Shown here one piece after another: positions 49,628 through 52,059 of a stretch of DNA of 52,059 nt (positions are counted from its first letter, which is position 1; each line of letters opens with the position of its first letter). This stretch comes from Octopus bimaculoides (taxonomy: Eukaryota), in assembly GCF_001194135.2 (NCBI RefSeq), contig NC_068988.1, forward strand, positions 11,040,140 through 11,092,198, written 5' to 3'. The notes beneath the pieces were generated by a model. The model saw nothing but the letters and a program-made list of their open reading frames with translations. It had not been told where the DNA came from and did no database searches. The position numbers were made by a program, and so were the translations under genes.

Positions 49628-50541
49628 CGAGCAGGTATCAAAACCTTCCCGGACTATTATTGTAGCGCGCCAACTTTTGTAACCCATGGTTGTGTGCGCA
49701 GTGAGAGTATGCATTCACATTTATGAGGCAGTGTGCCGAGTGACATCACTGTTTCCTTCGCGCTGTGCAATTTGTGTTTTTGTGACCACGTGTATGCTGT
49801 AGTCTGCGATTTTGTCACGGACTGGCAGTTGCAACAAGGAATGAGCGTTAAATTTTACGTCAAACTTGGCAACTCTGCTACAGCGATGTTGATAATGCTT
49901 CGACAAGCTTACGTTGATGAGACATTAGGTCTTACGCAATGTTTTGAGTGGCATATGCGCTTCGAAAGCAAAAACATGTCTTTGGAAGGCGATGGCCAAT
50001 TAGGAAGACCGTCTAGGTGTATCACTCCTGCGAACGAGGAGAAAATTCATCTGCTTGTGCATGAAGATCGTCGAAGGACAATCAACGACATTGCTGATGT
50101 TGTGGGTCTGTCGCAAGGGTCCGTCGCATGGGTCGGTGCAGGTAATCCTAACGCCTGGATTCTTCACAACGACAATTAAGCCTTGTCACCAAGATCTTTC
50201 CACTCATGAATTTCTCTGCAAAAATAAACATGGCATCGCTTATGCTACCACCGTATTCGCCAGATTGTGCCCCTGCGGATCTTTATCTCTTCCCCAAGAT
50301 GAAAATACAACACAAAGGTCAGTTTTCACTCCGTTGTCGAGATCAAAAGTGAATTGAAGAAGGATCTCGACTTGCTTACGGAAAACGACTTCCGAACTGG
50401 CTTCCAAAAGTGACAGAAAGGTTTGGACTGGTGAATTGCTGCGCAAGGTGACTATTTCGAAGTAGATGATGTTCACATTGAGGTAAATATGTTATTTTTC
50501 ATTAAACATAACCGGCACAGGAATTCTTTGATATAACCTCG
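49628..50541 (+). mobile_element. Internally deleted mariner (DD34D-type) element with TA target-site duplication
   Basis: TA at 49626-27 and 50542-43, with degenerate TIRs (17/27). ORF 49733-50179 encodes the HTH region (KFYVKLGNSAT...LGRPS...EDRRRTINDIADVVG) joined almost directly to WILHNDN. The frameshifted C-terminus ends AAQGDYFEVD. Confidence 0.92.
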
Positions 50542-50684
50542 TAAGGAAGTATATTCAGTCCCAAAAATTCTGTTCTGGCAATTAGTTTGGTGTATTGAAG
50601 CATCCGACTGAAATTTCACTTACCTAATGACATATTTAATCAAATATGTATACATACATACATACATACATACATACATACATT

Positions 50685-50729
<45 letters not shown>

Positions 50730-50734
50730 GTATT

Positions 50735-52004
50735 CAGGGGCTGGACAAAATAATGGCAAAACCTTAAAACTTCAAACAAATTTATTTTAACATGGGATAG
50801 GACCGCTTTTGGCAGTTATTACAGCTTGAATTCTATGGGGTATAGACTCGTATAAAGTTTGAATTGTTTCCAAAATAATCTTTGTCCATTCTTCAGCTAA
50901 AACAGTATCCACTTATTGTAGTGATGATGGTGATGATATCGACTCCTTATTTGTTTTTCTAAAATGCGCCATAAATGTTCAACAACATTGAAATCTAAGG
51001 ACCGTGGTGACCAGATAAGATGTTCAGCTTCACCAGAATGTTCCTCATGCCATTCAGTAAGAAATTTAACTGTGTGAATTGGTGCATTATCATCCTGGAA
51101 GACTGCTTTTGCCCCCGGAAACAGTTCCGCAACCATAGGATGAATTTGGTCAGATGAAATGCTTAAAAAGTCTTGACTATTAAATCTGCCATGAGGGGAG
51201 ACCATTGGGCCGGCGGATACCCAAGATATAGCCTTTGCCCCGCCCCCGATCATCACACCTTCTCCTCCGTGTTTAACAGTTGGAAGAAGGCACTCTCTGT
51301 CAAATGCTTCTTTTGATTGTCTCCACACGTATACTCGGCCGGTGGTCGGGCAGAAGGTAAATGATGAATCGTCCGAGAAAATAACATTCTTCTACAGCTC
51401 TAGGGACCAATTTTGTAGGTTTTTACTCCATTCTAAATACTTTGCAACGTTTGTTTTCGAAAGTAGTGGTTTTGTGATTGCAGTCCTCCCGTGAAATCCG
51501 GCTTTATGAACAGATTTTGTGGAAACAAGGTTCTCGAGGTGGTCATTAATCTCTGTAGTAATTTTGGGAGCTGTACTTTTGTGATCCCTTCTAACAATTC
51601 GTGTAAGATTCCGACGTTTCCTATCTGAAAGTTTTGGTTTTCTTCCGGAATTTTGTTTCGACGAGGAGGTGTTTCCCTCTTTCTGAAAAGCTCTCATTAC
51701 TTTCGAGACATTACTTCTTGATACACCGAACGATTAAGGTGTTTTCATTACGCTAGCGCCAGCCATTCAAGCACCAACAATTTGACCTCTTTGAAAGTCT
51801 GATAGATCTGTAATTTTAATGAATTGTAATTACATTTTCTCTGATGGTGTCTGAATATAAACAGCAATTTTAGCAAAACATATTAAGCAACACTAATAAT
51901 AAATGAAAAACCATAAAAATAAACAAACTTTTGACGGTTTTATAGATATTTCAAAATTATTATGCTATGATGCTGGGTGTTTCCATTACTTTTTCCAACC
52001 CCTG
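50735..52004 (-). mobile_element. Near-full-length Tc1-like transposon (1270 bp) with a disrupted transposase and DD36E spacing
   Basis: 29-bp TIRs match at 24/29, with TA at 52005-06. The transposase runs from about 51814 (DLSDFQRGQIVGA) through SGRKPKLS, IFSD(D/E)SSF, VKHGG and FQDDNAPIH to VVEHLW. It has stops and frameshifts. Confidence 0.95.
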
Positions 52005-52059
52005 TACATGCATGAATACATACATACATACATATATACATACATATATATACATGTAT

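Overview
AT-rich animal genomic DNA that is dense in microsatellites and has 11 N-gaps, nearly all flanked by simple repeats. The repeat content (three tRNA-derived SINE families, mariner MITEs, a Dong/R4-type relic in (TAA)n) closely resembles what I recognise from Octopus genomes; the species is an inference. I can support no intact host protein-coding gene, structural RNA gene or CRISPR array, so the window reads as intronic or intergenic. Most ORF-track entries are translations of microsatellites or gaps. The interpretable content is transposon debris: a near-full-length Tc1-like element with DD36E spacing (50735-52004), an internally deleted mariner (49628-50541) plus other mariner and maT (DD37D-type) relics, a Tx1/L1-clade LINE 3' part (about 41890-43165), Penelope-like relics including one with an inverted 5' piece, RTE and R4/Dong fragments, and more than 20 SINE copies. 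The most unusual structure is non-coding: two head-to-tail SINE arrays with array-specific junctions, a recurrent SINE dimer junction, a long imperfect inverted repeat of unknown origin (about 2791-3270), closely spaced inverted SINE pairs, decayed hammerhead-like motifs, and a near-perfect 91-bp dispersed duplication. I found no convincing novel protein-based system. Alignments and identity counts were done by eye.
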